A stretch of 64,000 nt of DNA from the NCBI GenBank assembly GCA_949297805.1, contig CASFTG010000003.1, forward strand, positions 3,996-67,995, written 5' to 3'. A program made the position numbers and the translations under genes. This DNA comes from an uncultured bacterium (GTDB lineage: Bacteria; Bacillota_I; Bacilli_A; RFN20; CAG-826). Each line of letters opens with the position of its first letter. The first letter of the stretch is position 1. Shown piece by piece: positions 1-9,793 of the stretch. The notes beneath the pieces were generated by a model. That model had not been told where the DNA came from and ran no database searches. It worked only from the letters and a program-made list of their open reading frames with translations.

Positions 1-1
1 A

Positions 2-256
2 TCGGCGATGGAAGACCCCGCTTTACTGGAGAGCGACATCTACAAGAATATTGGCCAATACTTAGGCAATCCCGAGGATTTCACCCTCGGCGGCGTTACC
101 GAGTACTACTCCGAAGTATTTGGGCTTGAAATGAACCAAGGTTTGAATGAAGTCTGGCATCAGACCTTCAATACCCAGACCCAAAACAAGAGCATTGCCG
201 ATATCGTCAACGAGCAATATCTCAATTCCTTATCGATCATCTCTGACTATCAATGA
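2..256 (+). CDS. C-terminal end (partial, gene starts upstream of window) of a probable extracellular solute-binding protein of a CUT1 sugar ABC transporter
   Basis: Open frame runs from the window edge to a stop at 254-256. It sits directly upstream of two MalF/MalG-type permeases and an MsmK-like ATPase. Assignment is by operon context only. Confidence 0.4.
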   Translation, partial: SAMEDPALLESDIYKNIGQYLGNPEDFTLGGVTEYYSEVFGLEMNQGLNEVWHQTFNTQTQNKSIADIVNEQYLNSLSIISDYQ

Positions 257-279
257 GGTTTGCCGACTAGGAGAAGGCT

Positions 280-1341
280 ATGAAACACGGAAAGGAAAAG
301 GCTGTTTATTACGGGAAAAGCTATTTAACGGCTCTCCTTTTCCTTCTCCCGTTATTAGCCATGTTCGTTCTCTTCTTCCTCATCCCCTTTATCTCGGGCA
401 TCAACATGTCCTTCTATCACTACAACTTAGCCGATCCCTCAGATACCTACTTTGTCGGTTTTGAGAACTACAAGTATTTCCTCTTTACCAAAGAAATACC
501 GGTCATGATTGATGGCGAGCCGGTCTTGGGGGCGGACGGGGAACCACTGATGGTGGCGAACAACTCTTTCTATTCCTTCTGGTATTCGCTCCTTTACACT
601 TTCCTCTTCGCTTTAGTTATCGTTCCGGTCTCGATTTTCCTCCCGTTGCTATTGGCTTCGTTTTTGAAGAAGAAGCCGTGGGGGTATCGGTTATGGCGTT
701 CGCTGATTTTCATCCCATCGATATTTGCCGTCAGCGCCACCGGGACCGCCTTCGTTTACCTTTTTTCAAACTCGGAGGATGGTTTCATCAACGCGCTGTT
801 TAACACCCACATTGAATGGCTCAACACCCCTTTGACGGCTTGGTTTGTCATCTTGCTTCTTTGCCTATATGGCATCGGGGCCAATTTCATCATCCTTTCG
901 GCCGGGTTAGAAAACGTGCCGAAGTCGCTTTATGAATCCTCGTTGATCGATGGCTGCAACTCCTGGCAAAAGTTCCTCTATGTCACTCTGCCGGGCATTA
1001 AGTACCAATTGTCGGTCTGTCTATTCACGACCTTAATCGGCTATATGAATCTCTATGGGCAAAACCGGGTCCTGACGATGGGTGGGCCGAGCGACTTCAC
1101 CCATCCGGAACGCCCTGGGGTTACCCATACGGTTATTTACGTAATTCAGGATTATCTAACTGGATCAGGCAAATTCTCATTAATGGGAAGAATATCGGCG
1201 GTTTGCATTGTTTTCGGTCTCTTTGTCGCCGCTTTGTCTTCGATTCGTCTCTTTGTTGACCGCGATAAGAAAGGAGGGAATAAACATGCCAAAGAATACC
1301 GTGAGTATTTCGCGAAAAAAGAAACCAATCCGGCTCAATAA
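280..1341 (+). CDS. Sugar ABC transporter permease (MalF/UgpA-type)
   Basis: ATG at 280 preceded by AGGAGAAGG (268-276). The 353-aa protein has multiple hydrophobic helices and an EAA-like loop (SAGLENVPKSLYESSLIDGCNSWQKF). Confidence 0.85.
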   Translation: MKHGKEKAVYYGKSYLTALLFLLPLLAMFVLFFLIPFISGINMSFYHYNLADPSDTYFVGFENYKYFLFTKEIPVMIDGEPVLGADGEPLMVANNSFYSFWYSLLYTFLFALVIVPVSIFLPLLLASFLKKKPWGYRLWRSLIFIPSIFAVSATGTAFVYLFSNSEDGFINALFNTHIEWLNTPLTAWFVILLLCLYGIGANFIILSAGLENVPKSLYESSLIDGCNSWQKFLYVTLPGIKYQLSVCLFTTLIGYMNLYGQNRVLTMGGPSDFTHPERPGVTHTVIYVIQDYLTGSGKFSLMGRISAVCIVFGLFVAALSSIRLFVDRDKKGGNKHAKEYREYFAKKETNPAQ

Positions 1342-2200
1342 GCTGGCGGTGACTATCTTTTTCGCCATCTTTTGCTTCCTCTGGATTTTCCCGGTTCTTT
1401 ATTTGGTCAACGGTTCTTTGAAGTCTTCGTTGGATTGGGCGACTAATCCCCGTTCTTTCTTCCCGGATTTCGGATACACCTTTGAGAATTTCAAGATCCT
1501 TTTCGTCGGCGGAGATCAGAATGGGGCTTATGACTATGGCTTGGATGCCCAACCGATTACGGCCTGGATTTTGAATTCGCTCATCGCTTCCTTGATTCAC
1601 ACCGTCCTATATTTGGTTATCGCTTGCCTGGCTGCTTACGCCTTCACTTTCCTAAAGTTCAAAGGTCGAGACGCTTTGTTTGCCTTGCTATTGGTTTCGA
1701 TGGCGATCCCGGGCGTAATGCTCACCACTCCGCAGTTCGAAAACGTCTTGAAGCTTGGTTTGTCACTCAATATCTGGGCCATTATCTTGCCTGGCTTAGG
1801 CGGCATCAGCGGCGTCTATTTGATTCGCCAGTTTTTCAAAGGCGTTCCGAATAGTTTAGTCGAGTCGGCGAAAATCGATGGGGCGTCGAACTTCCGGGTT
1901 TTCTGCCAAGTTGTTTTGCCGCTTGCCAAAAGCGTTCTCTTCGTCCAAGGGTTGTTCTCCTTCATGAGCGTTTGGAACGATTATGCGTGGGCCCAAATCG
2001 TTTTGGGCTATGGTGATAAGAAGCTTTGGACGCTGCAACTTGGCCTTACGTATTTAGTTGATGTCAACAAGGGGCAATTAGGTTCAACCGGGGTCACGAT
2101 GGCGGCTTCGATTATCTCGATGCTGCCTGTGTTCATCGTCTATTTATTCGCTGAGCGAAACATCGTCGAGGGGGTCGCCCTAACGGGGGTGAAGAACTAA
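1286..2200 (+). CDS. Sugar ABC transporter permease (MalG/UgpE-type)
   Basis: ATG at 1286 with a strong SD AAGGAGGG (1271-1278). It overlaps the tail of the upstream permease. The EAA motif is present (VESAKIDGASNFRVFCQVVLPLA). Confidence 0.85.
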   Translation: MPKNTVSISRKKKPIRLNKLAVTIFFAIFCFLWIFPVLYLVNGSLKSSLDWATNPRSFFPDFGYTFENFKILFVGGDQNGAYDYGLDAQPITAWILNSLIASLIHTVLYLVIACLAAYAFTFLKFKGRDALFALLLVSMAIPGVMLTTPQFENVLKLGLSLNIWAIILPGLGGISGVYLIRQFFKGVPNSLVESAKIDGASNFRVFCQVVLPLAKSVLFVQGLFSFMSVWNDYAWAQIVLGYGDKKLWTLQLGLTYLVDVNKGQLGSTGVTMAASIISMLPVFIVYLFAERNIVEGVALTGVKN

Positions 2201-2214
2201 TGGAGGAAACGAGT

Positions 2215-3744
2215 ATGGCCGAACAACCGATCATTTCTTTAAAGAATGTCTCTAAACGTTATTCCCGTGGCAATCGGGCGGTTAAGGATTTGAATCTTGA
2301 TATCGCTCGCCGTGATTTCTTGGTATTGGTCGGGCCATCGGGATGCGGAAAGTCGACGACTTTGCGGATGATCGCTGGTTTAGAGGAAATCAGTGACGGT
2401 GAACTTTATCTCGATGGCAAGTTCGCGAATTATGTTTCGCCGCAAAAACGGAATCTGGCTATGGTTTTCCAAAACTATGCCCTTTATCCCCAATTAACCG
2501 TCTATGACAATATCGCCTTCTCTTTGAAAATCCGCGGGGTTCCTAAGGAAGAGATTAAGACCAAAGTCTTTGAGGCCGCCAAGGTTTTATCGCTTGGTCC
2601 TTACCTCGACCGTTATCCGAAAGAGCTGTCCGGTGGCCAGATGCAGCGGGTCGCCTTGGGCCGAGCGATCGTTAAGGATTGCCCGGTTTACCTTATGGAT
2701 GAGCCCTTATCGAATCTCGACGCCAAGCTTCGGGTGCAGATGCGGAGCGAGATCGTTCGGCTGATGAAAAGGCTTAACGGGACCTGCGTTTACGTTACCC
2801 ACGACCAGACCGAAGCTATGACGATGGCGACCCGGATCGTGGTTATGAACGAAGGCTACGTCCAACAGATCGGGACTCCGGACGAGGTATATAACCAACC
2901 GGCCAATCTGTTCGTCGCCACTTTCATCGGCAATCCCCCGATGAATGTCGTCGAGGGGCATCTCTGCGACGATTCGCTTGTGGTTGGCGATTGGAAATTA
3001 TCTTTGCCTTCAGAACGCTTCGCGGCAGTCAAAAAAGAATACGAGCGGAATCACAGCCGTTTCCTTGAAGTGCTCAATCTCCAACAGGGACAAGTCTTGC
3101 CTTTACTTCGGGATTTCCTTAAGAAAAGCAAAAAAGGCAAGTTCCTGACTTCGAATGAAGGGATTGAGGCGCTTAATAACCTAAAAGCCAAAATCGAAGA
3201 GGAAGGAGGAATCGCCAAACGTCGTTATCAAGAACTAGGGGAGGATAGCCCTTCGCGCGATGATTTCCTTTCTTTACTTAATGGTTTGGAGACGACGTTG
3301 AACGAGTTCCGGGACGCCGCTTTATCCTCCAGGACTTATCTAAGGAAGGAAGAGACGGTCGCGAAGAAGAAAAAGTTCTTCGACCGGTTCAAGAAGAAAG
3401 AAGAAGGGAAAAGCAAAGAAACCGAACTGACCGAATTCTTAACGGAAGCCATTGGCTTTTACGAGGAAGCGATGACCAATCCATCCGCTTCCGTCCTTGT
3501 GGGTTTCCGGGCCGAAAGCCTGGTGGCGAAAAAAGGTGGGCCCTTAAAAGCCAAGATCGATCTAGTCGAACCATTAGGTTCGAGCAACTATCTTCACTTT
3601 CCGCTTAACGGGAAAGACGTTATCGCCATCACCGGCGTCAAGCAGCGTTACCAGGCTCAATGCGAGGTTGGTTTCGTCTTGCCAGACGAGGACATCTTCA
3701 TCTTCGATCCGATCACGGGTCGCCGCATCGAGAAAAAGGAGTGA
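2215..3744 (+). CDS. msmK: Sugar ABC transporter ATP-binding protein (MsmK/MalK-like) with a ~140-aa charged insertion in the C-terminal regulatory domain
   Basis: Walker A GPSGCGKST, signature LSGGQMQRVALGRA, Walker B VYLMDEPLSNLD, H-loop VTHDQ. SD GGAGG at 2203-2207. An alternative ATG at 2200 overlaps the permease stop. A K/E-rich insertion spans roughly nt 3100-3545 before the conserved MalK C-terminus. Confidence 0.85.
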   Translation: MAEQPIISLKNVSKRYSRGNRAVKDLNLDIARRDFLVLVGPSGCGKSTTLRMIAGLEEISDGELYLDGKFANYVSPQKRNLAMVFQNYALYPQLTVYDNIAFSLKIRGVPKEEIKTKVFEAAKVLSLGPYLDRYPKELSGGQMQRVALGRAIVKDCPVYLMDEPLSNLDAKLRVQMRSEIVRLMKRLNGTCVYVTHDQTEAMTMATRIVVMNEGYVQQIGTPDEVYNQPANLFVATFIGNPPMNVVEGHLCDDSLVVGDWKLSLPSERFAAVKKEYERNHSRFLEVLNLQQGQVLPLLRDFLKKSKKGKFLTSNEGIEALNNLKAKIEEEGGIAKRRYQELGEDSPSRDDFLSLLNGLETTLNEFRDAALSSRTYLRKEETVAKKKKFFDRFKKKEEGKSKETELTEFLTEAIGFYEEAMTNPSASVLVGFRAESLVAKKGGPLKAKIDLVEPLGSSNYLHFPLNGKDVIAITGVKQRYQAQCEVGFVLPDEDIFIFDPITGRRIEKKE

Positions 3745-3746
3745 AT

Positions 3747-6332
3747 ATGAACAAAAAGATCTCGACGTTATTGGCGCTGGGCTTGCTGGCTTTGACCGCC
3801 TGTTCGCCCGCCGCTTCATCCACCACCAGCGTTTCCGAGCCTTCAGGAAGCGAAACGCCGACTAATCCGGAGGAAAGTGAAATGAATGAGGATTTGACCG
3901 GCCTCGATCAATTTGCCGAAGAGGAAAGGGCGACCTACGACAACCATTTCGCCCAAGACGATCGCTTGCCTGGCGTTTCGGCTGTTCAATGTGCCGATCC
4001 GTTCGTCTTGCGCCATGACGGCCGTTATTATCTTTATGCCACCAGCGGCGGTAACCAGTTGCTTTGCTGGGAGTCGGATGACTTGCTCCATTGGGAAAGA
4101 GCGGGCAATAACGGCAATTGCCTCGGTGGGACTTCCTTAGTCAATCCCTGGGCTCCCGAGGTCACCTACATTAACGGCAAGTTCTATTTGATCTCGAGCT
4201 TCGGTGGCCAAAAGCATTCAGTCCTCGTGAGCGATTCTCCGACCGGGCCCTTCGTCGATTACTCCACGAACATTTTCCAAAACTGCATCGATGGCAGCTT
4301 CTTTATCGATTCCGATGAGCAAGTCTATTGCACGATCGCTTCGAGCCTCGGGATTTTCGTTAAGCGGTTTACCGATGATTTGAAGGATTTTAAAAACGAT
4401 CGCTTCGAAGTCACTTATGCTAATACAAAACTGGGCCGATGGAATGAAGGGCCCTACATCACTAAGCGGAGCGGCCGTTATTATCTAACCTGGACCGGGG
4501 TCGATTGTTATGCCCCTTCCTACCGGGTCAATTACAATTACTTCGATGGCGAATCGGTTACCTCGATCGCTAATTCGAATGCCTTCAAGCAAAAAGGCGG
4601 CTCGATCCTTTTATCGACCGACGAATCTTATATGGGGCTCGGCCATTCAGCGAATTTCGTCGGGCCGGACCTCGATAGCCTCTATGTCGGTTATCATGAT
4701 CTCGCCTTGAATTACGGTCCGAATGGCGAAAGCACTTCCAATCGACGTTATTTCAACTTCGCTCGGCTTTCCTTTAATGGATCCCGGGTGGTAAGCGATA
4801 CCGGGAACGACAAGGAAGGGAACTTCGTCCCCCGTCAGCCGGATTTCGCCTCGCGAGGCGGAAGCGGGATGAAGCAAGAAGGAACTTTCCTCTTATCGGA
4901 AGCTTCCCACGGAACCTCCTTTACCGCCGAATGGAACGCGAAGGGCGAGAACGGGAAGTATGTGTTCGGCTATACCGATTCCTCTAATTACGGTTATGTG
5001 ACGGCTTCGAATGCCAACGGGTTAGAAGTTCATGTCGTTAAAGACGGGACTGATGCCGTTGTCGGCGAGGCCGAACTCAACAAAGATTACGACTTCAACG
5101 CGCTTCATACCTATCGGTTAAGTTATGATCAAGGGCAATATAACCTCTATTTTGACGAGATCGAGAAGATTTCCCTGGGCGAAGCGAATCTCCCGGCGGG
5201 GCGATATGGCTATGAAGGGAAAGATTCCGCTTCTATTTCCTATAGCGCTTTCTCCAATTCCGGCCTCGGCTCCTCTGATGCCTTGGAATACCAGAAGAAC
5301 CAATCTTTGGCTAATGCATATGACCGGGAGAACTCGGTATTCGACAATGGGTCGCGCCTCGCTTATTACGAAGAGGAGTTCGGTTCGGAAATTTCCGATA
5401 ACGACATTGGCTATATGAACTTGGAGGAGGGCGATCGGGCATCTTATTTGATGCACGCCGATACCGAATTAACGGCGATTACCCTTAAGGTCCACTCGGA
5501 TATGTCCGGTAAGCAGGTGGGCATCCGGATCAACGATGGGGAGAAAACCGTCGTCACCATCCCGGAAATCGACGGGGAAGGCTTCCACTTTGTTGACCTT
5601 GGCTTGTTCCCGACCGAAGTCGGGCGGAATCGGGTTTCCCTCTATTCGGAATCCGATACCCTGCAATATAGCGAACTAGCCTATGAAGCGGCGACCGACA
5701 CCTCTTCTTATCGCTTCGAATCGGGTCTTCGGGCTTATAACCAATCCTTAACCTGGGTTGATCATGGGCGCGACCGGATTGAATACACTTCCGAAGGCAT
5801 GCATAGCAAAGGGGTCGATAATGACTTCGTGTATATCAAAGACCGAGAGGACCTTGGCGATGTTTCAATCGAGGCTGATGTCGCGGTCAATGAAGAAATC
5901 AGCGATAAATTCGCCCATCGGCGCAACGCCCTTGGCAGTTTGACCATGGATGCGCTGGATATCGATTTGGCTTATGGGGCCGGGATCGCCTTACGGGTCG
6001 ATAACCATGAGTATTACTATGGCGGTCCCAATTTCGAATGCTGCATCGATAACCTCCAAGGCGTCTATTTCGGGATGAATGCCGATAAGGTCTTCGTCAA
6101 AGACGCCAATTACGCTGAAACAGTGGTGGTTTATGAGAAGGAACACTCCTTCCCGTTAGGTGAGAAGCACCATCTGAAGCTTGAGAGTTTAGATGGGGTG
6201 GTCACCGCTTATCTTGACGGGGAGAAACTAATTAGTTTCCGTCCGGAAGGGGCTCCGAGTCGGGGCAAGGTCGGGCTATATTCCTTCTACACAGACTCGA
6301 CTTACGAGAACCTCGTAGTCGAGGGGAAATAA
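3747..6332 (+). CDS. Glycoside hydrolase family 43 lipoprotein with a large C-terminal beta-sandwich extension
   Basis: Lipobox LLALTAC. GH43 N-terminal signature CADPFVLRHDGRYYLYATS and WAPEV...GKFYL blades. AAGGAG lies 7 nt upstream of ATG 3747. Total length 861 aa. Confidence 0.8.
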   Translation: MNKKISTLLALGLLALTACSPAASSTTSVSEPSGSETPTNPEESEMNEDLTGLDQFAEEERATYDNHFAQDDRLPGVSAVQCADPFVLRHDGRYYLYATSGGNQLLCWESDDLLHWERAGNNGNCLGGTSLVNPWAPEVTYINGKFYLISSFGGQKHSVLVSDSPTGPFVDYSTNIFQNCIDGSFFIDSDEQVYCTIASSLGIFVKRFTDDLKDFKNDRFEVTYANTKLGRWNEGPYITKRSGRYYLTWTGVDCYAPSYRVNYNYFDGESVTSIANSNAFKQKGGSILLSTDESYMGLGHSANFVGPDLDSLYVGYHDLALNYGPNGESTSNRRYFNFARLSFNGSRVVSDTGNDKEGNFVPRQPDFASRGGSGMKQEGTFLLSEASHGTSFTAEWNAKGENGKYVFGYTDSSNYGYVTASNANGLEVHVVKDGTDAVVGEAELNKDYDFNALHTYRLSYDQGQYNLYFDEIEKISLGEANLPAGRYGYEGKDSASISYSAFSNSGLGSSDALEYQKNQSLANAYDRENSVFDNGSRLAYYEEEFGSEISDNDIGYMNLEEGDRASYLMHADTELTAITLKVHSDMSGKQVGIRINDGEKTVVTIPEIDGEGFHFVDLGLFPTEVGRNRVSLYSESDTLQYSELAYEAATDTSSYRFESGLRAYNQSLTWVDHGRDRIEYTSEGMHSKGVDNDFVYIKDREDLGDVSIEADVAVNEEISDKFAHRRNALGSLTMDALDIDLAYGAGIALRVDNHEYYYGGPNFECCIDNLQGVYFGMNADKVFVKDANYAETVVVYEKEHSFPLGEKHHLKLESLDGVVTAYLDGEKLISFRPEGAPSRGKVGLYSFYTDSTYENLVVEGK

Positions 6333-6468
6333 GGAAAGGAGGCGAAAGAAGAGAAAAATAAGAAAACGGCTCCCCATCCATTGTTAAGGCCACGGAAAGG
6401 AAGCCTTGTCCATTCTACACTCATCACCCAATTATTTGCGGTTTATCCAACCGCGGAAAGGAAAGAAA

Positions 6469-8763
6469 ATGGTAAAAACCTTTAAAAAGGGTCTGCTGAT
6501 GGCATTAAGTTTCGCCTTCCTTGGCGGCTTAGCCTCCTGCGGACCGACCGATTCGACGAGCAGCACGCCGCCCGAATCGACGCCGCCGACTACCGAAACC
6601 GATTTGCCAAGCCAATCCGAATCTTCTGAGGAAGAAACGTCGGATAGTTCTTCCTCCTCTTCTTCGAAAGAAGAACTGAAGATCGAGTCGGTTTCCATTA
6701 CCAACAAAGATACCGTCAAGAATATCCTCGTCGAAGAAGGGGCGACGGTGACCGCCGAAGCTATGCCTTCTTCGATCCCCCAGGAATTCACTTATGCCTC
6801 AAGCAACGAGGAAATCATCACCGTCGACGCGATGGGGCGGATAACCGCCATCGCCCCTGGCACCGCCACCCTGACCGTCAGTTGTAGTTATGGCGGGGTC
6901 ACTAAATCCGATACGGTCGAGATCACCGTCACCAACACCTTCTTCTCCCATTCCCCCGTCGGGATGGAACTGGCCGACTTCACCCATGAGCTTGATGAGA
7001 CCAACCCCTATGTCGTCTACGGGGGCGGCGGCTTCATGTTCTTTAGAAACTGCTTCGGGACCACTTGGTATGCTGAGACCGATATCACCATCGATGAATT
7101 CGCCGTGGGCGAGCTCTTTGCCAAAGTCGGCTTAATGGGGACCGATTTCCACGATCAAAACGGCCTTTATTACTTCTTCGATTGCCCGCTTGGCGACAAC
7201 AACGTCTTGATCGATAACTGGAAGGCGGTCGGGGTCAATGACCGGATCAACGGCAGCTATGACATTGGCCAATTCAATTGGAATCTCGTCCATACTCTGA
7301 CTGCCGAGGAAATGGGCATCACCGATGGCGAACCCTGCCTCCGTTATGGGGATAAGTTCAATATGGGCTTACTTCGGGATGGCGCCTATTTCCATTTCTA
7401 CTTCAACCATTATTACGTCTACTCGGTGAAGTCGACCTTACTAGATCCGAGCATCCCGACCTATCCTTGCTTCACCGCCAATAACGTTACCGCGACCCTT
7501 TCGAATTACTCCTTCCTGGAGGAGGGCGATCCGAAGCTTGATGAGTTGCTGGCGACCGCCAATGCGGTGACCTCCCCGAAAACCATCACCATCGACAAAG
7601 GGAGTGAAGCCACGATGTCGATCGATGAGGAAGGGTATCGGGTCCGGGCGACTGTCGCCTCGGCGACCACCAACAATTGCGTCGAGACCGGCGTCACTTG
7701 GGATTCCTCCGATAAGACCGTCGCCACCATCGATGACCGCGGCTATATCACTCCGTTAAAGGCCGGCGATACCACCATCACCGCCACCTCCGCCTATCCT
7801 TATAGCGAGGCTAAGGCCACCTTATTGCTCCATGTCATCGAAGGGGCGGTAGCTTCGGAAATCCAAGCCCCGACGACCCTTTCGGTCCACGATACCGAGA
7901 CCAAGGCGCTTAACGCTTCGGTCTTGCCGGTCGGGGCTGACAGCCGTTTAACCTACACCAGCGCCGATCCGAGCATCGCCAAAGTCGATGCCGAGGGCAA
8001 TGTCACCGGCGAAAAGGCCGGGACTACGACCATCACCATCGCCTCGGTTCAGGTTCCTTCGCTTAAGAAGACGGTTGAGGTCACGGTGTCCGAGTCACTT
8101 ATCTCCTATCAGGTTCCGTCTTATTGCCCGAAGGGCGATATCCCCAACCTCGATTATTCCCATATGGACGATGCCGAGGATCCTTATGTCAAGGTTAGCA
8201 TGGCTAAACCCGATGGATTTGAAGGCGGGGCCTACTTCGCTTTGAACCGTTCGGGCACCAAATGGATGACTACCTTCTCGTTTGAGAATGTCTCTTTCTA
8301 TCACGGGGAAGTGTGGGGCAAGCTCTTCATTTCGGCCAATACCGCCGACGGGAAAGCCGGTTCCTTCTTCTTCGTCGATGCTGTCCTCAATGATTCGACG
8401 AAAGGCGGCTGGACCGATATCGGCTGGGCCAACTGGACTGGCACGACCGCTGAACAATATACCGTCGGGGCTAGTTTCAAGGATGGCCAAGGGGTTATTC
8501 CTGCTGGCTGGCGGAATGTTGAGAACGTCCCATCTGGCGGTAGCGCCAAATCCCCGGTTTTTGGCTTGATCCGGGATGGCGTCGACTATTACTTCATGAT
8601 CGATGGGGAAATCGTTTTCCATCGCCAGATGAATAACGTCGCCGCTGACGTCGCCTCGGTTCCCGTCATCGGCGGGTTCCAGGCCGCCATGGAAATCCAT
8701 GACCTCTCCTACACCGACGACGCGGCCACCATCGATGGCTTAGTCGCCGAATTCAACGCCTAA
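6469..8763 (+). CDS. Surface lipoprotein with bacterial Ig-like (Big_2) domains
   Basis: Lipobox LASC followed by an S/T/E-rich linker. There are two or more Big_2-like segments (e.g. ...ITAIAPGTATLTVSCSYGGVTKSDTVEITVT and VTGEKAGTTTITIASVQ). Function unknown. Confidence 0.7.
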   Translation: MVKTFKKGLLMALSFAFLGGLASCGPTDSTSSTPPESTPPTTETDLPSQSESSEEETSDSSSSSSSKEELKIESVSITNKDTVKNILVEEGATVTAEAMPSSIPQEFTYASSNEEIITVDAMGRITAIAPGTATLTVSCSYGGVTKSDTVEITVTNTFFSHSPVGMELADFTHELDETNPYVVYGGGGFMFFRNCFGTTWYAETDITIDEFAVGELFAKVGLMGTDFHDQNGLYYFFDCPLGDNNVLIDNWKAVGVNDRINGSYDIGQFNWNLVHTLTAEEMGITDGEPCLRYGDKFNMGLLRDGAYFHFYFNHYYVYSVKSTLLDPSIPTYPCFTANNVTATLSNYSFLEEGDPKLDELLATANAVTSPKTITIDKGSEATMSIDEEGYRVRATVASATTNNCVETGVTWDSSDKTVATIDDRGYITPLKAGDTTITATSAYPYSEAKATLLLHVIEGAVASEIQAPTTLSVHDTETKALNASVLPVGADSRLTYTSADPSIAKVDAEGNVTGEKAGTTTITIASVQVPSLKKTVEVTVSESLISYQVPSYCPKGDIPNLDYSHMDDAEDPYVKVSMAKPDGFEGGAYFALNRSGTKWMTTFSFENVSFYHGEVWGKLFISANTADGKAGSFFFVDAVLNDSTKGGWTDIGWANWTGTTAEQYTVGASFKDGQGVIPAGWRNVENVPSGGSAKSPVFGLIRDGVDYYFMIDGEIVFHRQMNNVAADVASVPVIGGFQAAMEIHDLSYTDDAATIDGLVAEFNA

Positions 8764-8776
8764 TCATCATCTATTT

Positions 8777-9790
8777 ATGGAAGATACCCGTTTACAGTTT
8801 CCCTCCTTGAAAAAGCGTTCGCTCGCTTTATTGCTGGACGCGGGTATCTTCCTGCTTAGTTTCCTCCTTCTTTATTTCTTGGCCTTCTCCTCCGTTTTCT
8901 CGATTGGTAAGGAAACGGAGCTGCGGGCCGAGGCCTTCCTAGCCGCTGGACTATACGAGCAGAATGAAAGCGGATATGTCATTTATGATTCCGATGAATA
9001 TTCCGGCTATCTAAATAAGGTCAAATCCTATTACTGCGGCTATGCTGGCGAACCTTCTTATTTCGATACCGACTTTTATCTTAACCATGGCGGAGAGCGG
9101 AAGAGCTTAACTCCCCAAGAGTTCAACGAATCGATTCTTGGAGTGGAGGATTCGCCATACTTCACTTTAACCGAAGTCGATGAAGAGGGTTTCGCTCTCT
9201 TAAAAGACGATCTTTATTATCAAGGCGAATTGAAGGATGCGGCCGAGGCGGACCTATTAACCTATTGCTCAGGGTTATTCCGGGACTGTTTCACCGATTT
9301 ATTCAACGATCGTTTCTATGCTGAAGCGGTGGATTCCGCTACCTCGAAAACCCTCGCTCGGCAATCATTATCGTTTTATTTGCCGTTAGTCGCCTTCCAT
9401 TTCCTACTTCCTTTATGCTTGCCTAGAGGCAAAACCATTGGGCGATTGATCACGAATATCATCGTCGTTTCCAAGGATGGGATTTACCAATCGCGCCTAT
9501 TTAACTTGCTTCGCCCCTTGCCTTTGGGCCTCATTGGCTTATCGCTCGTCTTTTCAACCGATTTCTATTTATTCCTCATCCTTCTAACGGTTTATCTAAC
9601 CGCCGACTTCGTTTCTTTCGCCTTAACTAAAGATCACCGCTCTCTTCGTGATTTGGCGTCCGGTTCTTTGCAATTAGACGGTGCCCGGAGTCAGCCCTAT
9701 CACGATTATGACGAGATCGAAAAGGCTCAAGCGGCGGAAGAAGATGCCTTACTGCAAATTAGCGAAGATTATTATCAACACGGAGATTAA
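8777..9790 (+). CDS. Membrane protein, RDD-family-like
   Basis: N-terminal TM (LALLLDAGIFLLSFLLLYFLAF). A later segment GKTIGRLITNIIVVSKDG...RLFNLLRPLPLGLIGLSLVF matches the RDD-family pattern. A large loop lies between them. Confidence 0.5.
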   Translation: MEDTRLQFPSLKKRSLALLLDAGIFLLSFLLLYFLAFSSVFSIGKETELRAEAFLAAGLYEQNESGYVIYDSDEYSGYLNKVKSYYCGYAGEPSYFDTDFYLNHGGERKSLTPQEFNESILGVEDSPYFTLTEVDEEGFALLKDDLYYQGELKDAAEADLLTYCSGLFRDCFTDLFNDRFYAEAVDSATSKTLARQSLSFYLPLVAFHFLLPLCLPRGKTIGRLITNIIVVSKDGIYQSRLFNLLRPLPLGLIGLSLVFSTDFYLFLILLTVYLTADFVSFALTKDHRSLRDLASGSLQLDGARSQPYHDYDEIEKAQAAEEDALLQISEDYYQHGD

Positions 9791-9793
9791 CTT

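Noticed and set aside
1133-1600. 155-aa minus-strand ORF overlapping both ABC permease genes
   Set aside because: It overlaps two well-supported permease CDSs. Its translation is arginine/glutamine-rich with no motifs, and it has no RBS.
8095-8700. 201-aa reverse-strand ORF inside the Big_2 lipoprotein gene. Similar antisense ORFs occur at 48110-48640, 50689-50994, 60433-60804 and 29866-30279.
   Set aside because: These are fully embedded antisense to strongly supported genes in GC-rich stretches. Their translations are low-complexity, G/P/R-rich. They are typical stop-codon-poor frame artefacts.
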